From Pseudomonadota bacterium (GTDB lineage: Bacteria; Pseudomonadota; Gammaproteobacteria; Burkholderiales; SG8-39): a stretch of DNA of 64,000 bases. The stretch lies in contig JAQBXT010000006.1 in NCBI GenBank assembly GCA_027624175.1, forward strand, positions 4,439 through 68,438. The letters are read 5' to 3'. Of this stretch, positions 23,592 through 40,168 are shown one piece after another (the stretch's first letter is position 1; every line of letters starts with the position of its first letter). The translations under genes were made by a program, and so were the position numbers. A model generated the notes under the pieces. It had not been told where the DNA came from, did no database searches, and worked only from the letters and a program-made list of their open reading frames with translations.

Positions 23592-24929
23592 CTACGCGGC
23601 AACCTCCGATTTCAGTACAGCATCGAGCGCCGAGCGAAGCTTGGCGATCAACTCGTCGAGCTGCGCTTCCTTGATGATGAACGGCGGCGCGAGCAATACA
23701 TGGTCGCCCTGCACGCCGTCGAGGGTGCCACCCATCGGGTAGCACATCAGTCCGGCCTTGAGTGCTTCCTTCTTCACCTTGGCGTTGACGCGCCACTTGG
23801 GATCGAAGGGTCGCTTCGAGGCGCGATCCGCTACCAGTTCCACGCCCAGGAACAGGCCCCGACCGCGGATATCGCCGACATGCGGATGGTCGCCAAATGC
23901 CGCACGCAGTTTCTGCTCCAGCAGGGCCCCGAGGGGAGCGACCCGCGCCAGCAGTCCATCCTCGTGCAGGCGACGCTGCACCGCGAGTGCGCCCGCGCAG
24001 GCGGCGGCGTGGCCCAGATAGGTATGACCATGCTGGAAAAAACCGCTGCCCGACACGATGGTCTCGTAGACGCGCTTGGAAACCAGCGTTGCGCCGATCG
24101 GCTGGTATCCCGCGCCCAGACCTTTCGCCACCGTCACCAGGTCCGGCACGATGCCTTCCTGCTCGAAAGCATAGAGCGCGCCGCATCGCCCCATGCCGCA
24201 CATCACTTCGTCGAGGATCAGCAGGACGCCGTAGCGGTCGCAGACCTCGCGCACGCGCTTGAAGTAGCCGGCGACCGGCGGCACAGCGCCAAGCGTGGCT
24301 CCGACCACGGTTTCGGCGACGAACGCGATAACCTTGTCGCCGCCCAACCTGAGAATCTCTGCTTCCAGTTCGGCAGCGAGGCGCTCGCCGTAGGCCGCGT
24401 CCGTTTCGCCCGCGTGCCTGCCACGATAGGCGTAGCAGGGAGAGACGTGCGTTCCCTCGACCAGCAGCGGCTCGAACTGCTTGCGGCGCCAGGCGTTGCC
24501 GCCGACCGCGAGTGCGCCCAAGGTGTTGCCGTGATAGGACTGCCGCCGGCCGATGAGGTAGCGGCGTTGCGGCTCGCCCTTCTCCACGAAATACTGCCGC
24601 GCCAGCTTGAGCGCGGCCTCGATGGCTTCCGAGCCGCCGGAAACGAAGTACACCTTCTCCAGGGGAGCGGGTGCGCGCGCGATGAGAGCGTCGGCCAACG
24701 CTTCCATCGGCTCGTTGGTGAAGAACGAGGTATGCGCGAACGGCAGCTTGCCGAGTTGATCCTGAACGGCCTTGATCACCGCCTGGTCCGAATGGCCAAG
24801 GCAGGACACGGCCGCGCCGCCGGAGGCATCGAGGTAGCGTTTGCCGTTGCGGTCGAACAGGTAGACGCCATCGCCGCGCACCGCGACCGGATAGGCCTCG
24901 CGCGGGTTGCGGTGAAAGACCCGGGTCAC
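23592..24929 (-). CDS. Class III PLP-dependent (omega-type) aminotransferase.
   Basis: 445-aa ORF containing [30 protein letters not shown] and the PLP lysine in [11 protein letters not shown]. The GTG start overlaps the pckG TGA (GTGA). Confidence 0.88.
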   Translation of the reverse strand: MTRVFHRNPREAYPVAVRGDGVYLFDRNGKRYLDASGGAAVSCLGHSDQAVIKAVQDQLGKLPFAHTSFFTNEPMEALADALIARAPAPLEKVYFVSGGSEAIEAALKLARQYFVEKGEPQRRYLIGRRQSYHGNTLGALAVGGNAWRRKQFEPLLVEGTHVSPCYAYRGRHAGETDAAYGERLAAELEAEILRLGGDKVIAFVAETVVGATLGAVPPVAGYFKRVREVCDRYGVLLILDEVMCGMGRCGALYAFEQEGIVPDLVTVAKGLGAGYQPIGATLVSKRVYETIVSGSGFFQHGHTYLGHAAACAGALAVQRRLHEDGLLARVAPLGALLEQKLRAAFGDHPHVGDIRGRGLFLGVELVADRASKRPFDPKWRVNAKVKKEALKAGLMCYPMGGTLDGVQGDHVLLAPPFIIKEAQLDELIAKLRSALDAVLKSEVAA

Positions 24930-26764
24930 GCCGCTAGCTTCTGGTGCAGTTGCGTGCGGCGCTGCTCGAGTTCCGCCGGCAATCGCGCACCAAGCTTGCC
25001 GAGCAGTTTGTCATGCGCCGCGGCCTCGTCCTTCCACGCGGTATTGTCCATGTGCACGATCTCCTGGAACTGCTCGCGCGTGAATCGCTCCAGCCCGCGC
25101 CAGTTGAGGTCCTCGTAGCGCGGCATCAAGCCAATCTGCGTCTGCACGCCCTGCGCCAGGCCGTGGCAACGGTTGACGATCCATTCCAGGATGCGCATGT
25201 TCTCGCCAAAGCCCGGCCAGATGAACTTGCCCTGCGCGTCCTTCCTGAACCAGTTGACCAGGAAAACGCGCGGCGCGTGTTTCACCGCCGCTCCCATCTT
25301 CAGCCAGTGCGCGAAATAGTCGCCGATGTGATACCCGCAGAAGGCGAGCATCGCCATTGGATCGCGCCGCACCACGCCGACTTTGCCGGTGATCGCGGCG
25401 GTGGTTTCCGAGCCGAGCGTGGCCGCCATGTACACGCCGTCTTCCCAGGTCGGCGCCTCGACCACCAGCGGCACGGTGTTCGAGCGCCGGCCGCCGAACA
25501 GGAAAGCCGAGATCGGCACGCCGCCCGCGTCCTCCCATTTCCCGTCCATGGACGGGCACTGCGACGCGGCAACGGTGAACCGCGCATTGGGGTGCGCTGC
25601 AAGGCGTCCGCAACCGGGAGTCCAGTGCCTGCCCTGCCAGTCGGTCAGCCGCGCCGGCGCCGTCTCCGTCATCCCCTCCCACCAGACGTCGCCCTCAGGC
25701 GTGAGCGCCACGTTGGTGAAGATGACGTTCGCGGCGAGTGTTTTCATGGCATTCGGATTCGTCGCCTCCGAGGTTCCGGGGGCGACGCCGAAGAAACCTG
25801 CCTCGGGATTGATGGCATAGAAACGCCCGTCCTGCCCGGGCTTGATCCATGCGATGTCCTCGCCGATGGTGGTGACCTTCCAGCCCTGGTAGGCCGCGGG
25901 CGGAATAAGCATGGCGAAATTGGTCTTGCCGCAAGCACTCGGAAACGCAGCAGCGACGTAAGATTTCTGGCCCGCTGGGGACTCCACACCAAGGATCAGC
26001 ATGTGTTCCGCGAGCCAGCCGGCATCGCGCGCCATCACCGAGGCGATACGCAGCGCCAGGCATTTCTTGCCGAGCAGCGCATTGCCGCCATAACCGGAAC
26101 CGTAGGACCAGATCTCGCGCGTTTCGGGGAAATGGACGATCCACTTTTCCTTCTCGTTGCTCGGCCAGGGTGCATCCTGCTGCCCGGCGGTGAGCGGCGC
26201 GCCCACCGAATGCACGCAGGGCACGAAATTCCCATCCTCTCCAAGCCAGTCGCCCACCGCGCGACCCATGCGCGTCATGATGCGCATGTTCACGGCAACG
26301 TAGGCCGAATCGGAGATCTCCACGCCGATCTGCGCAATGTGCGATCCGATCGGCCCCATCGAAAACGGCATCACGTACATGGTGCGCCCGCGCATGCAGC
26401 CATCGAACAGGCGCTGCAGCGTTGCACGCATCTTGCCCGGGTCGATCCAGTTATTGGTCGGCCCCGCCAGCTCCTTTTTCTGGCTGCAGATAAAGGTGCG
26501 GTCCTCCATGCGCGCCACGTCGCTTGGGTGCGAGCGCGCCAGGAAGCTGTTCGGCCGCCGCGCTTGATCCAACTTGATAAAGGTCCCCCCGGCGACCAAT
26601 TCCCCGCACAGGCGGTCGTACTCCGCCTGCGAGCCGTCGCACCACACGATGCGTTCGGGCTTGGCGAGCCGCGCGACCTCGGACACCCACTGGCGCAGGC
26701 CCGCGTGACGCACCCAATCGGGTGCCTGAGACAGGTCCTTTTGCGCGGCGCCTGGGGCGTTCAT
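24926..26764 (-). CDS. pckG: Phosphoenolpyruvate carboxykinase (GTP).
   Basis: ORF 24926..26773. The ATG at 26764 is preceded by AGGAG. GTP-PEPCK sequence is present throughout ([34 protein letters not shown]). Confidence 0.95.
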   Translation of the reverse strand: MNAPGAAQKDLSQAPDWVRHAGLRQWVSEVARLAKPERIVWCDGSQAEYDRLCGELVAGGTFIKLDQARRPNSFLARSHPSDVARMEDRTFICSQKKELAGPTNNWIDPGKMRATLQRLFDGCMRGRTMYVMPFSMGPIGSHIAQIGVEISDSAYVAVNMRIMTRMGRAVGDWLGEDGNFVPCVHSVGAPLTAGQQDAPWPSNEKEKWIVHFPETREIWSYGSGYGGNALLGKKCLALRIASVMARDAGWLAEHMLILGVESPAGQKSYVAAAFPSACGKTNFAMLIPPAAYQGWKVTTIGEDIAWIKPGQDGRFYAINPEAGFFGVAPGTSEATNPNAMKTLAANVIFTNVALTPEGDVWWEGMTETAPARLTDWQGRHWTPGCGRLAAHPNARFTVAASQCPSMDGKWEDAGGVPISAFLFGGRRSNTVPLVVEAPTWEDGVYMAATLGSETTAAITGKVGVVRRDPMAMLAFCGYHIGDYFAHWLKMGAAVKHAPRVFLVNWFRKDAQGKFIWPGFGENMRILEWIVNRCHGLAQGVQTQIGLMPRYEDLNWRGLERFTREQFQEIVHMDNTAWKDEAAAHDKLLGKLGARLPAELEQRRTQLHQKLAA

Positions 26765-26777
26765 GGATCTCAACTCC

Positions 26778-26805
26778 TGAAAGCAAAACGGCCCTGGAGG
26801 GGCCG
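26778..26805 (-). terminator. Terminator-like hairpin downstream of mnmE and immediately upstream of the pckG ribosome-binding site.
   Basis: On the minus strand, CGGCCC-CTCCA-GGGCCG is followed by TTTTGCTTTC. The pckG SD and ATG start about 12 nt further on. Confidence 0.5.
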
Positions 26806-26902
26806 CATGATGCTGTTGGGAGTACGATTTTACCGCGCGGGGAAGTGCCGCGCCACGACTGAAAAACCCCGCGCGATCAGCCCGTTAGATTGGTAGATGG
26901 CA

Positions 26903-28249
26903 TCACTTGCCGATGCAGAAGCGCGAGAAAATCTCCCCCAGCAGATCATCCGCGCTGAACTCGCCCTTGATCGCGGCGAGCTGCTGCTGCGCAAGCCGCA
27001 ATTCTTCCGCGAACAGCTCCCACTGCCGCATGCACGCCGCCGCCGCTTCCAGATGCACGCCCGCCGCTTGCAGCGCGCGCAGGTGGCGCTCGCGGGCGAG
27101 GAACACCGACTCGCCGTGCGACTTCCAGCCGGCAGCCTCGAGGATCGCAACGCGCAGCGCTTGCATGCCGCTCCCCGTCTTCGCCGAAATACAAACTGCC
27201 GGACAATCGCCCGGCGGTGGCCGGAAACCAGGCGCGAGATCGATCTTGTTATACACGTCGATGCGCGCCGCGGCGGCAGGCACGCTGATGGCAAGCGCGT
27301 AATCCGGCGCGGAAGCATCGTGCACCGCCAGGACCAGGTCGGCACGGGCGACCTCCTTGCGCGCGCGCTCCACGCCCAGGCGCTCGACCTCGTCGACAGA
27401 ATCGCGCAACCCCGCGGTGTCCACCACAATCAGCGGCACGCCGCCGATCTGGATCGACTCGCGCAATGCGTCGCGCGTGGTCCCCGGCGTGGGCGTGACG
27501 ATCGCGCGTTCCTCACCCGCGAGCCGGTTGAGCAGGCTGGACTTGCCGACGTTCGGGCGGCCGGCGAGGACCGCATGGACGCCGCTGCGCAACAAGCTGC
27601 CCTGGCGGCTGCGGGCGAAGACTTCGCCGAGCGCGGCGCGCAGCCGCACCAGGCGCGCGGCCGCATCATCGTGATGCAGGGCATCCACCTCCTCCTCCGG
27701 AAAGTCGAGCACCGCCTCGGTGAGTGCGCGCAATTCGACCAGTTGCGCCGCCAGGCCTTCGATGGCGTCAGAGAACTCCCCCGACAGCGAGCGCAAAGCG
27801 CTGCGCGCAGCCTCCTCGCTCGCCGCATCGATCAGGTCGGCGACGGCTTCCGCCTGCGCCAGGTCCACGCGCCCATTGAGGAACGCGCGGCGCGTGTATT
27901 CGCCGGGTTGGGCCAGCCGCGCGCCGGCATCCAGGCAGGCAGCCAATACCAAGCGCTGAACCACGGGACCGCCATGTCCCTGGAACTCCAGGCAGTGCTC
28001 TCCGGTGTAGGAATGCGGCGCAGGAAAGTACAAGGCCAGACCGTCATCCAGCACACGGCCCGCGGCATCGCGTGCCACACAACGTGCCGCGACGCGTGGA
28101 TCTGGCAAGGCGCCGAACAAACGGCGCGCAATGTCCGGGGCGAGCGGCCCCGAGACGCGCACGATGCCGATTGCCCCCCGGCCCGGCGGGGTGGCGGTCG
28201 CGGCTATCGTATCCGGTGGTGGTCCCGGCGGCCGGTCAGCGCCTGGCAT
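26903..28249 (-). CDS. mnmE: tRNA modification GTPase MnmE (TrmE).
   Basis: 448-aa ORF containing DTIAATATPPGRGAIGIVRVSG, G-domain motif GRPNVGKSSLLN, and the C-terminal CIGK. Confidence 0.96.
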   Translation of the reverse strand: MPGADRPPGPPPDTIAATATPPGRGAIGIVRVSGPLAPDIARRLFGALPDPRVAARCVARDAAGRVLDDGLALYFPAPHSYTGEHCLEFQGHGGPVVQRLVLAACLDAGARLAQPGEYTRRAFLNGRVDLAQAEAVADLIDAASEEAARSALRSLSGEFSDAIEGLAAQLVELRALTEAVLDFPEEEVDALHHDDAAARLVRLRAALGEVFARSRQGSLLRSGVHAVLAGRPNVGKSSLLNRLAGEERAIVTPTPGTTRDALRESIQIGGVPLIVVDTAGLRDSVDEVERLGVERARKEVARADLVLAVHDASAPDYALAISVPAAAARIDVYNKIDLAPGFRPPPGDCPAVCISAKTGSGMQALRVAILEAAGWKSHGESVFLARERHLRALQAAGVHLEAAAACMRQWELFAEELRLAQQQLAAIKGEFSADDLLGEIFSRFCIGK

Positions 28250-29909
28250 GGGCAGTCTTGTCGCGATCGAACATGCGCTGGATCTGCCACTGCTGGAGGA
28301 TGGAGAGGACGTTGTTGACCAGCCAGTACAGCACCAGTCCGGCGGGGAAGAAGAAGAAAAACACGCTGAAGACGTACGGCATGAATTTCATCACCTTGGC
28401 CTGCACCGGATCGGGCGGTACGGGGTTCATGCGCGTCTGCAGCACCATGGAAATAGCCATCAGCACCGGCAGCACGTAGTAGGGATCCAGCGCCGAGAGG
28501 TCTTTGATCCACAGGATGAACGGCGCATGGCGCAGCTCGATCGCCGCCAGCAGCACCCAGTACAGGGAGATGAATACCGGGATCTGCACCAGGATGGGAA
28601 AGCAACCGCCAAGCGGGTTGATTTTCTCGGTCTTGTACATCTCCATCATCGCCTGATTCATCTTGGCGCGGTCGTTGCCGTACATCTCGCGGATTTTGGT
28701 CAGGCGCGGGGTGATCAGCTTCATCTTGGCCATCGACTTGTAGCTGGCCGCGGACAGCGGGAAAAACACCAGCTTGATCAGCACCGTGAGCAAAATGATG
28801 GCGACTCCCCAGTTGCCGGCGAGCGCGTGAAACTGGTCCAGCAGCCAGAACAGGGGCCAGGCAATGATCGTCAGCCAGCCGTAGTCCACCACCAGGTCGA
28901 AGCCCGGTGCAGCCGCCTTCAGCCGGCGCTGTTCCTGCGGCCCGACATACAGCTGGGCCGCGGTGCGCGCGCTGGCGCCCGGGGCGATCTCCGGGACCGG
29001 CAGCACGATGCGCGCCGTGTAGACGCCGTCCGGGCGCTTCTCCATGACGTAGTCGCGCGTGGCTTTCGCCACCGGCAGCCATCCGGCGACGAAATAGTGC
29101 TGCACGAACGCAAGCCAGCCGTCCTCGGCCTGCGCCAGATTGTCCGGCTTGCCCTTGTCGAGGTCGGAAAAATCAATTTTCTCGAATTTTCTGGCGTCCG
29201 TGTACTGGGCGAACCCGGTAAAGCTCTGCGCAGTGAAGTTTTGCGCGACCGACGTGCCGGTGGGGTCGCTCTTGCCATCGTGGGTCAGCTGGTAATAGAC
29301 GAACGGGGCCACCGGGGCGTTGCCCCGATTCCGGATCTCCAGCGCGACTTCAGCGAGGTAGCTGTTGCGCTTGAACGTGAATATCTTGTCGACTTCCAAC
29401 CCGTCCAGGCCGCGCCCGGAAAAACGCACCGTGAGCGTGTCCTTGCCCTCCGCGAGGACGGTGTCACCGGGCTGCACCGCCCATTGCGTGCGGTGATTGG
29501 GGCCGTTCTCGCCCGCCAGGCCGCTTTGCGCCGTGTACTGGTGTTCGGGCCCGAGCAGGACCAGGTTCTTTTCCGAGCCCAGGGTTAGCTTGTGCTTGAG
29601 CAGCTCTACGCGCCCGACGGTCGCGCCCAAGGTGTCGATATCCACGACCAGCAGATCGGTGCGCACGCGGATCGCCTCGCCCTTGGCAATCGCCGCGGCC
29701 GCGGCCGGCACCGCGGCCGTCGCCGGGGTGGCCTGAGTAACCCGGGAAGGTGTGGGGATGGCGTCGGGCACGCGCCCGGTCTTGCCCGGCGCCACCTTGG
29801 CCGCGGCCACAGGTGCCGGCTTGGGACGTTGCTCCTTTTGCCATGCGTCCCACAGCATCAACAGCGAAAAACTGAAGATGAAGAACAGAACCAGTCGTTG
29901 GATATCCAT
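28236..29909 (-). CDS. yidC: Membrane protein insertase YidC.
   Basis: 557-aa ORF: MDIQRLVLFFIFSFSLLMLW... with the conserved C-terminal core. Its 3' end overlaps the mnmE start by 14 nt. Confidence 0.96.
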   Translation of the reverse strand: MDIQRLVLFFIFSFSLLMLWDAWQKEQRPKPAPVAAAKVAPGKTGRVPDAIPTPSRVTQATPATAAVPAAAAAIAKGEAIRVRTDLLVVDIDTLGATVGRVELLKHKLTLGSEKNLVLLGPEHQYTAQSGLAGENGPNHRTQWAVQPGDTVLAEGKDTLTVRFSGRGLDGLEVDKIFTFKRNSYLAEVALEIRNRGNAPVAPFVYYQLTHDGKSDPTGTSVAQNFTAQSFTGFAQYTDARKFEKIDFSDLDKGKPDNLAQAEDGWLAFVQHYFVAGWLPVAKATRDYVMEKRPDGVYTARIVLPVPEIAPGASARTAAQLYVGPQEQRRLKAAAPGFDLVVDYGWLTIIAWPLFWLLDQFHALAGNWGVAIILLTVLIKLVFFPLSAASYKSMAKMKLITPRLTKIREMYGNDRAKMNQAMMEMYKTEKINPLGGCFPILVQIPVFISLYWVLLAAIELRHAPFILWIKDLSALDPYYVLPVLMAISMVLQTRMNPVPPDPVQAKVMKFMPYVFSVFFFFFPAGLVLYWLVNNVLSILQQWQIQRMFDRDKTAHARR

Positions 29910-29927
29910 GATTCTCGGCGTCGCCCT

Positions 29928-30152
29928 TCAGGAACCCTTGCGCGCGGGCACGGGATCGTATCCGCCGGCATGCCACGGCCCGCAACGACACAGGCGCCGT
30001 GCGGCAAGCCAGCCCCCGCCGAACAAGCCGTGGCGCGCGAGCGCCTCGTCCGCATACGCAGAGCAGTTCGGATGGAAGCGGCACGCGGGTCCGAACATCG
30101 GACTCACAAAGTATTGGTAGCCGCGCAACAGCAGACGCAACAGGCCAGTCAT
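29928..30152 (-). CDS. yidD: Membrane protein insertion efficiency factor YidD.
   Basis: 74-aa ORF: [39 protein letters not shown]. Confidence 0.93.
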   Translation of the reverse strand: MTGLLRLLLRGYQYFVSPMFGPACRFHPNCSAYADEALARHGLFGGGWLAARRLCRCGPWHAGGYDPVPARKGS

Positions 30153-30505
30153 GATTCCAGTCTCGTGAACAGTACCCTCAACCGCTGCAACATCGCCGCC
30201 GAGCCGCGCGCCCCGTACGGGGGCCTCACCAGTACGTCGACCGGACCCAGACCGGCCTGCTCCAGCCGGAAGGCCTCGCGTATGCAGCGCTTGAGGCGAT
30301 TGCGCTCGGTGGCGAGCGCCGCGTGTTTGCGCGTCACCATCACACCCAAGCGCGGCGGCCCTTCGGCACGACGCGCTGTGTAAAAGACGAACCCCGAGAG
30401 GCTGCGCCGTGTACCGCTGCGCAGCAATTGCACAAATCCGGAGTGCCCCGAAATCCTGCGATCCGCGCCGAACCCGTAGCGCGCCAGCCTGCCGCGACCC
30501 GGCAC
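30149..30505 (-). CDS. rnpA: Ribonuclease P protein component.
   Basis: ORF 30149..30559. The longest form would overlap rpmH, so the GTG at 30505 (just after the rpmH stop) is preferred; the start remains uncertain. Supported by the RnpA-like basic sequence and its position in the rpmH-rnpA-yidD-yidC order. Confidence 0.8.
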   Translation of the reverse strand: MPGRGRLARYGFGADRRISGHSGFVQLLRSGTRRSLSGFVFYTARRAEGPPRLGVMVTRKHAALATERNRLKRCIREAFRLEQAGLGPVDVLVRPPYGARGSAAMLQRLRVLFTRLES

Positions 30506-30518
30506 GCCCCGCTTGGTG

Positions 30519-30653
30519 CTAAACCGCGAGCCGCTTGCGGCCGCGCGCACGCCGCGCACGCAGTACCGCGCGCCCCGCGGCGCTGCGGCTGCGGACGAGA
30601 AACCCGTGACGCCGGGCGCGGCGTGTCTTGGACGGTTGGTAAGTGCGCTTCAT
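30519..30653 (-). CDS. rpmH: 50S ribosomal protein L34.
   Basis: Below the ORF-track size cutoff. Manual translation: [44 protein letters not shown]-stop. Confidence 0.95.
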   Translation of the reverse strand: MKRTYQPSKTRRARRHGFLVRSRSAAGRAVLRARRARGRKRLAV

Positions 30654-30736
30654 TGGGACGCTCGCAGCGAAAAAGGGCGGTATTAGAGCCCGCGCGGCTC
30701 CGCATTGTCAAATAGTCGCGCTGTGACCGCAATGCC

Positions 30737-30745
30737 TGTGGATAA
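30737..30745. promoter_or_regulatory. Consensus DnaA box in the rpmH-dnaA intergenic region.
   Basis: TGTGGATAA is the exact reverse complement of TTATCCACA. It lies about 100 bp upstream of the dnaA ATG, consistent with dnaA autoregulation. Confidence 0.7.
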
Positions 30746-30846
30746 CGTTGCTCGGAAGGAGTAAGATTTTCTCGTCGCCGGCGCGCCAAGCGCGGCCCCG
30801 GTTCCGCCCCTAACTAACCAACGCGCTGCTCGAGACCGCCAAGAAC

Positions 30847-32181
30847 ATGCAAAGCCTTTGGGACGCCTGCCTGCGCCGTCTTGAGCAGGAGCTTCCCGCG
30901 CAGCAGTTCAATACCTGGATCCGTCCGCTCGCCACCGACGCTGGCGCCGCTGAGCCCGGAACACTGGTGCTGTCCGCCCCAAACCGCTTCGTACTCGAGG
31001 TGGTGCGGGAGCGGTTTGCCGCGCGCATCGAGAAGCTCGCCACCGAGGCGGGTGGCCGCGAGCTCGGGCTGCGCCTGGTGCTGGCGCGCGGCAGCGAGTT
31101 GGTGGCGCCGCGCGGCGCCGGTGCGCGCACCAATGGCGAGGCAGCGCCGCCGGCACTGGAGCGTGCGCGCCTCAACCGCCTGTTCACTTTCGACAGCTTC
31201 GTCACCGGCAAAGCCAACCAGCTCGCTCGCGCGGCGGCAATTCAGGTCTCGGAGAATCCCGGCATCTCCTACAATCCGCTGTTCATTTATGGCGGTGTCG
31301 GCCTGGGCAAGACGCATTTGTTGCAGGCCATCGGCAACCACCTCGCCGAGAAAAGGCCGCAAGCGCGCCTGCGCTACACACATGCCGAGCAGTACGTCAC
31401 CGACGTGGTGCGGGCCTACCAGCAGAAATCCTTCGACGAGTTCAAGCGCTATTACCACTCGCTGGATCTGCTGCTGATCGACGACATCCAGTTTTTCTCC
31501 AACAAGGGGCGCACCCAGGAGGAATTCTTCTACGCCTTCAATGCGCTGGTGGAAGCGCACAAGCAGATCGTGATCTCCTGCGACACCTATCCGAAGGAAA
31601 TCGCCGGCATGGAGGAGCGGCTGATCTCGCGCTTCGGCTGGGGCCTGACCGTGGCCATCGAGCCCCCGGAGCTCGAGATGCGCGTGGCGATCGTGCTGAA
31701 GAAGGCGGAAGCGGAGGCCGAGGAAATTTCGGAGGAGATCGCGTTTTTCATCGCCAAGAACATCCGCTCGAACGTGCGCGAGTTGGAAGGCGCGTTGAAG
31801 AAGGTGCTCGCTTTTTCGCGCTTCAACGGACGCGAGATGTCCCTGGAGCTGGCCAAGGAGGCCCTGCGCGACATCCTCAACGTCGCCAGCCGGCAGATCA
31901 GCGTCGACGGCATCCAGAAGACGGTAGCCGAGTATTTCAAGCTCAAGATATCCGACATGCATTCGAAAAAGCGCAGCCGGAATGTGGCGCGGCCGCGGCA
32001 GGTCGCCATGGCGCTTGCCAAGGACCTGACGCCGATGAGCCTGCCCGAAATCGGCGAGGCCTTCGGCAACCGGGACCACACAACAGTGCTGCACGCCTGC
32101 CGCACCATCTCCACGCTGCGCAAGAAGGATTCGGTGCTCAATCGAGACTACCTGGTCCTGGAGCAGGTACTGAAGGGATGA
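30847..32181 (+). CDS. dnaA: Chromosomal replication initiator protein DnaA.
   Basis: 444-aa ORF: [28 protein letters not shown], Walker [11 protein letters not shown], and the C-terminal DNA-binding domain ([14 protein letters not shown]). Confidence 0.98.
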   Translation: MQSLWDACLRRLEQELPAQQFNTWIRPLATDAGAAEPGTLVLSAPNRFVLEVVRERFAARIEKLATEAGGRELGLRLVLARGSELVAPRGAGARTNGEAAPPALERARLNRLFTFDSFVTGKANQLARAAAIQVSENPGISYNPLFIYGGVGLGKTHLLQAIGNHLAEKRPQARLRYTHAEQYVTDVVRAYQQKSFDEFKRYYHSLDLLLIDDIQFFSNKGRTQEEFFYAFNALVEAHKQIVISCDTYPKEIAGMEERLISRFGWGLTVAIEPPELEMRVAIVLKKAEAEAEEISEEIAFFIAKNIRSNVRELEGALKKVLAFSRFNGREMSLELAKEALRDILNVASRQISVDGIQKTVAEYFKLKISDMHSKKRSRNVARPRQVAMALAKDLTPMSLPEIGEAFGNRDHTTVLHACRTISTLRKKDSVLNRDYLVLEQVLKG

Positions 32182-32187
32182 ACAGCC

Positions 32188-32196
32188 TGTGGATTA
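32188..32196. promoter_or_regulatory. Near-consensus DnaA box just downstream of dnaA.
   Basis: TGTGGATTA matches TGTGGATAA at 8 of 9 positions. It lies in the 198-bp dnaA-dnaN spacer. Confidence 0.45.
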
Positions 32197-32379
32197 TCTA
32201 TGCAGGAAATGTGCGTAACTCGGGCGCCGCGCCCGCCGCGCGATTCTGTCCCGTTCCACACACACGCGGCCCACAGCTTTTACACGCCAGCCGCGCGTCG
32301 CAAGCCGCTGCGCGCAAAGGGTATACGGATTTGTCCCCCGGCTCCGGCCTGCTCTATTAACTACTACTAAGGATAAATA

Positions 32380-38468
<6,089 letters not shown>

Positions 38469-38555
38469 GCGGCGCGAAAGGCCGCGAGGATACCCGCAAA
38501 GAACGGGCACTTACAACCAAAATGCTGCCCGCGCGCGCGCTGGCGCGTCCGGCGC

Positions 38556-39014
38556 TCAGCTCGGCAGGCGCGCGCCGTGGACGGAAAACAGTTCTTCGGC
38601 CAGCAGTTGGCTGGACGGAGCGTGCTGGTTCCACAGCACCATGAGCACGATCAGCTTGAGCTGCTCAAGCGCTAGGGCGTCGTCCGCGGTCGCCAGTGCG
38701 CGCTCGATCACGTGCTCGCGCATCTGGGGCGTAAGGATCCCGGACTGCTCCAGATACAGCAGGAAACCGCGGCATTCGACGTCCAGTTTGGCCAGTTCCT
38801 TCGGCGCGAAGGCGCGAAATGCGTTACCGCGCTCGGGCAGAGGTGCAAGCGAGCGTTGGGGCGCGCGCACCACGCCGGCGAGCCAGCGCAGGGTGGCACT
38901 GATGTCCGACTCCTCGAACCCCGCGGCCGAGAGCTTGCGCGCCACGCGCTCCGGGTCATGCGAAACGTCGGCTTGGCGGCAGTTCTCGAACAGGTAAACG
39001 AGGATGTCGAACAT
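38556..39014 (-). CDS. smg: Smg protein (DUF494).
   Basis: In ORF 38556..39149 the start is MFDILVYLFENCRQADVS at 39014. Position in the conserved dprA-smg-topoisomerase arrangement supports the call. Confidence 0.9.
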   Translation of the reverse strand: MFDILVYLFENCRQADVSHDPERVARKLSAAGFEESDISATLRWLAGVVRAPQRSLAPLPERGNAFRAFAPKELAKLDVECRGFLLYLEQSGILTPQMREHVIERALATADDALALEQLKLIVLMVLWNQHAPSSQLLAEELFSVHGARLPS

Positions 39015-39037
39015 GCTGATGGTCTCCCGGTTGAGGT

Positions 39038-40123
39038 TCAGTCCAGCCGCTGGTACATGCCGCCCGGCAGTGCGGCGACACGCCCCGATAGCTCGAGCCG
39101 CAGCAGTGCCGCCGCCACCTGCTCCGCAGGCAGCCCGGAGCGTGCGCACAGCGAATCCACATCCACGGGATCAAAGCCCATGTGTACCAGCAGCGGCTCG
39201 CGATCGGGCGTCGCCGGCGCCATATGCGTCGAGGCATAGCCCGTGCGCCGGAAGGATGTCAGTTCGGCCAAAACGTCTTCCGACGACTCGACCAGCTTGG
39301 CGCCCTGCTTGATGAGTGCGTGGCACCCCTTGGACAGCGGGGAGTGGATCGATCCAGGGACCGCGAATACCTCACGCCCCTGCTCGGCCGCGGCACGCGC
39401 CGTGATCAGCGAGCCCGAGCCGAGCGCTGCTTCGACCACCAGGCATCCTTGCGCCAGGCCGCTGATCAGGCGGTTGCGCCGTGGAAAGTGGTGCGCCGCC
39501 CCCGCCGTGCCAAGCGCAAACTCCGAGAGCAGCAGGCCCGAGTCGGCGATGCGCAGCGCCAGCGCTGCATTCTGTCGCGGGTAAATCACGTCGACCCCGG
39601 TGCCCAGGACCGCAATGGTGGAGCCCGCCGCAGCCAGACCTCCGCGGTGCGCCGCGGCGTCGATGCCGAGGGCCAGACCCGAGACGATCGTCAGGCCCGC
39701 CGCGCTGAAGGCTTGCGCGAACTGCTCGGCATTGCGAGCGCCCTGAACCGTGGCGTTGCGGCTGCCGACCACGGCGAGCGCGGGACGCTCAAGCAACTCC
39801 AGCCGGCCGACTGCGTAGATCAGCGGCGGCGGATCGGGAATTTCTAGCAGCAGCTTGGGGTACACGGCGTCCGCGAGCGTGACAATGGCCCGACCCGGTT
39901 CCTCCGCCCAGCGCAGAGCCCGTTCGACCTCGGGGGCGACGCCTTCGGCATGCAGCAATTGCGCTGCGGCCGGGCCGGCGGCACGCTCAAGCTGAGAACG
40001 GGACGCGCTGAGTATGTTTTCGGGAAGTCCGAACTGCTTGAGCAGGCCGCGTATGGCGGCGGCACCGAGCCCGGGGGTGAGCGTGAGTTGCAACCAGCTT
40101 GCCAGCCCGGGGTATTGCGTCAT
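39038..40123 (-). CDS. dprA: DNA-processing protein DprA (Smf).
   Basis: 361-aa ORF with the DprA Rossmann-like core (VVGSRNATVQGARNAEQFA...GLALGIDAAAHRGGL). Confidence 0.93.
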   Translation of the reverse strand: MTQYPGLASWLQLTLTPGLGAAAIRGLLKQFGLPENILSASRSQLERAAGPAAAQLLHAEGVAPEVERALRWAEEPGRAIVTLADAVYPKLLLEIPDPPPLIYAVGRLELLERPALAVVGSRNATVQGARNAEQFAQAFSAAGLTIVSGLALGIDAAAHRGGLAAAGSTIAVLGTGVDVIYPRQNAALALRIADSGLLLSEFALGTAGAAHHFPRRNRLISGLAQGCLVVEAALGSGSLITARAAAEQGREVFAVPGSIHSPLSKGCHALIKQGAKLVESSEDVLAELTSFRRTGYASTHMAPATPDREPLLVHMGFDPVDVDSLCARSGLPAEQVAAALLRLELSGRVAALPGGMYQRLD

Positions 40124-40168
40124 TCAGGAGGCAAGGCGCGGAGGCGTTGTCCCCCGCGAAAGGTCGGG

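Noticed and set aside
24944-26896. 650-aa ORF antisense to pckG, and ORF 23700..25118 antisense to the aminotransferase.
   Set aside because: Same reasoning. The opposite strand encodes clearly homologous enzymes, and these translations are low-complexity and Arg/Ala/His-rich.
32182-32379. The dnaA-dnaN spacer as oriC.
   Set aside because: It has only one 8/9 DnaA box plus a weak TCCACA core, and only a very short AT-rich stretch that doubles as the dnaN ribosome-binding region. This is insufficient to call an origin without skew or marker-frequency data.
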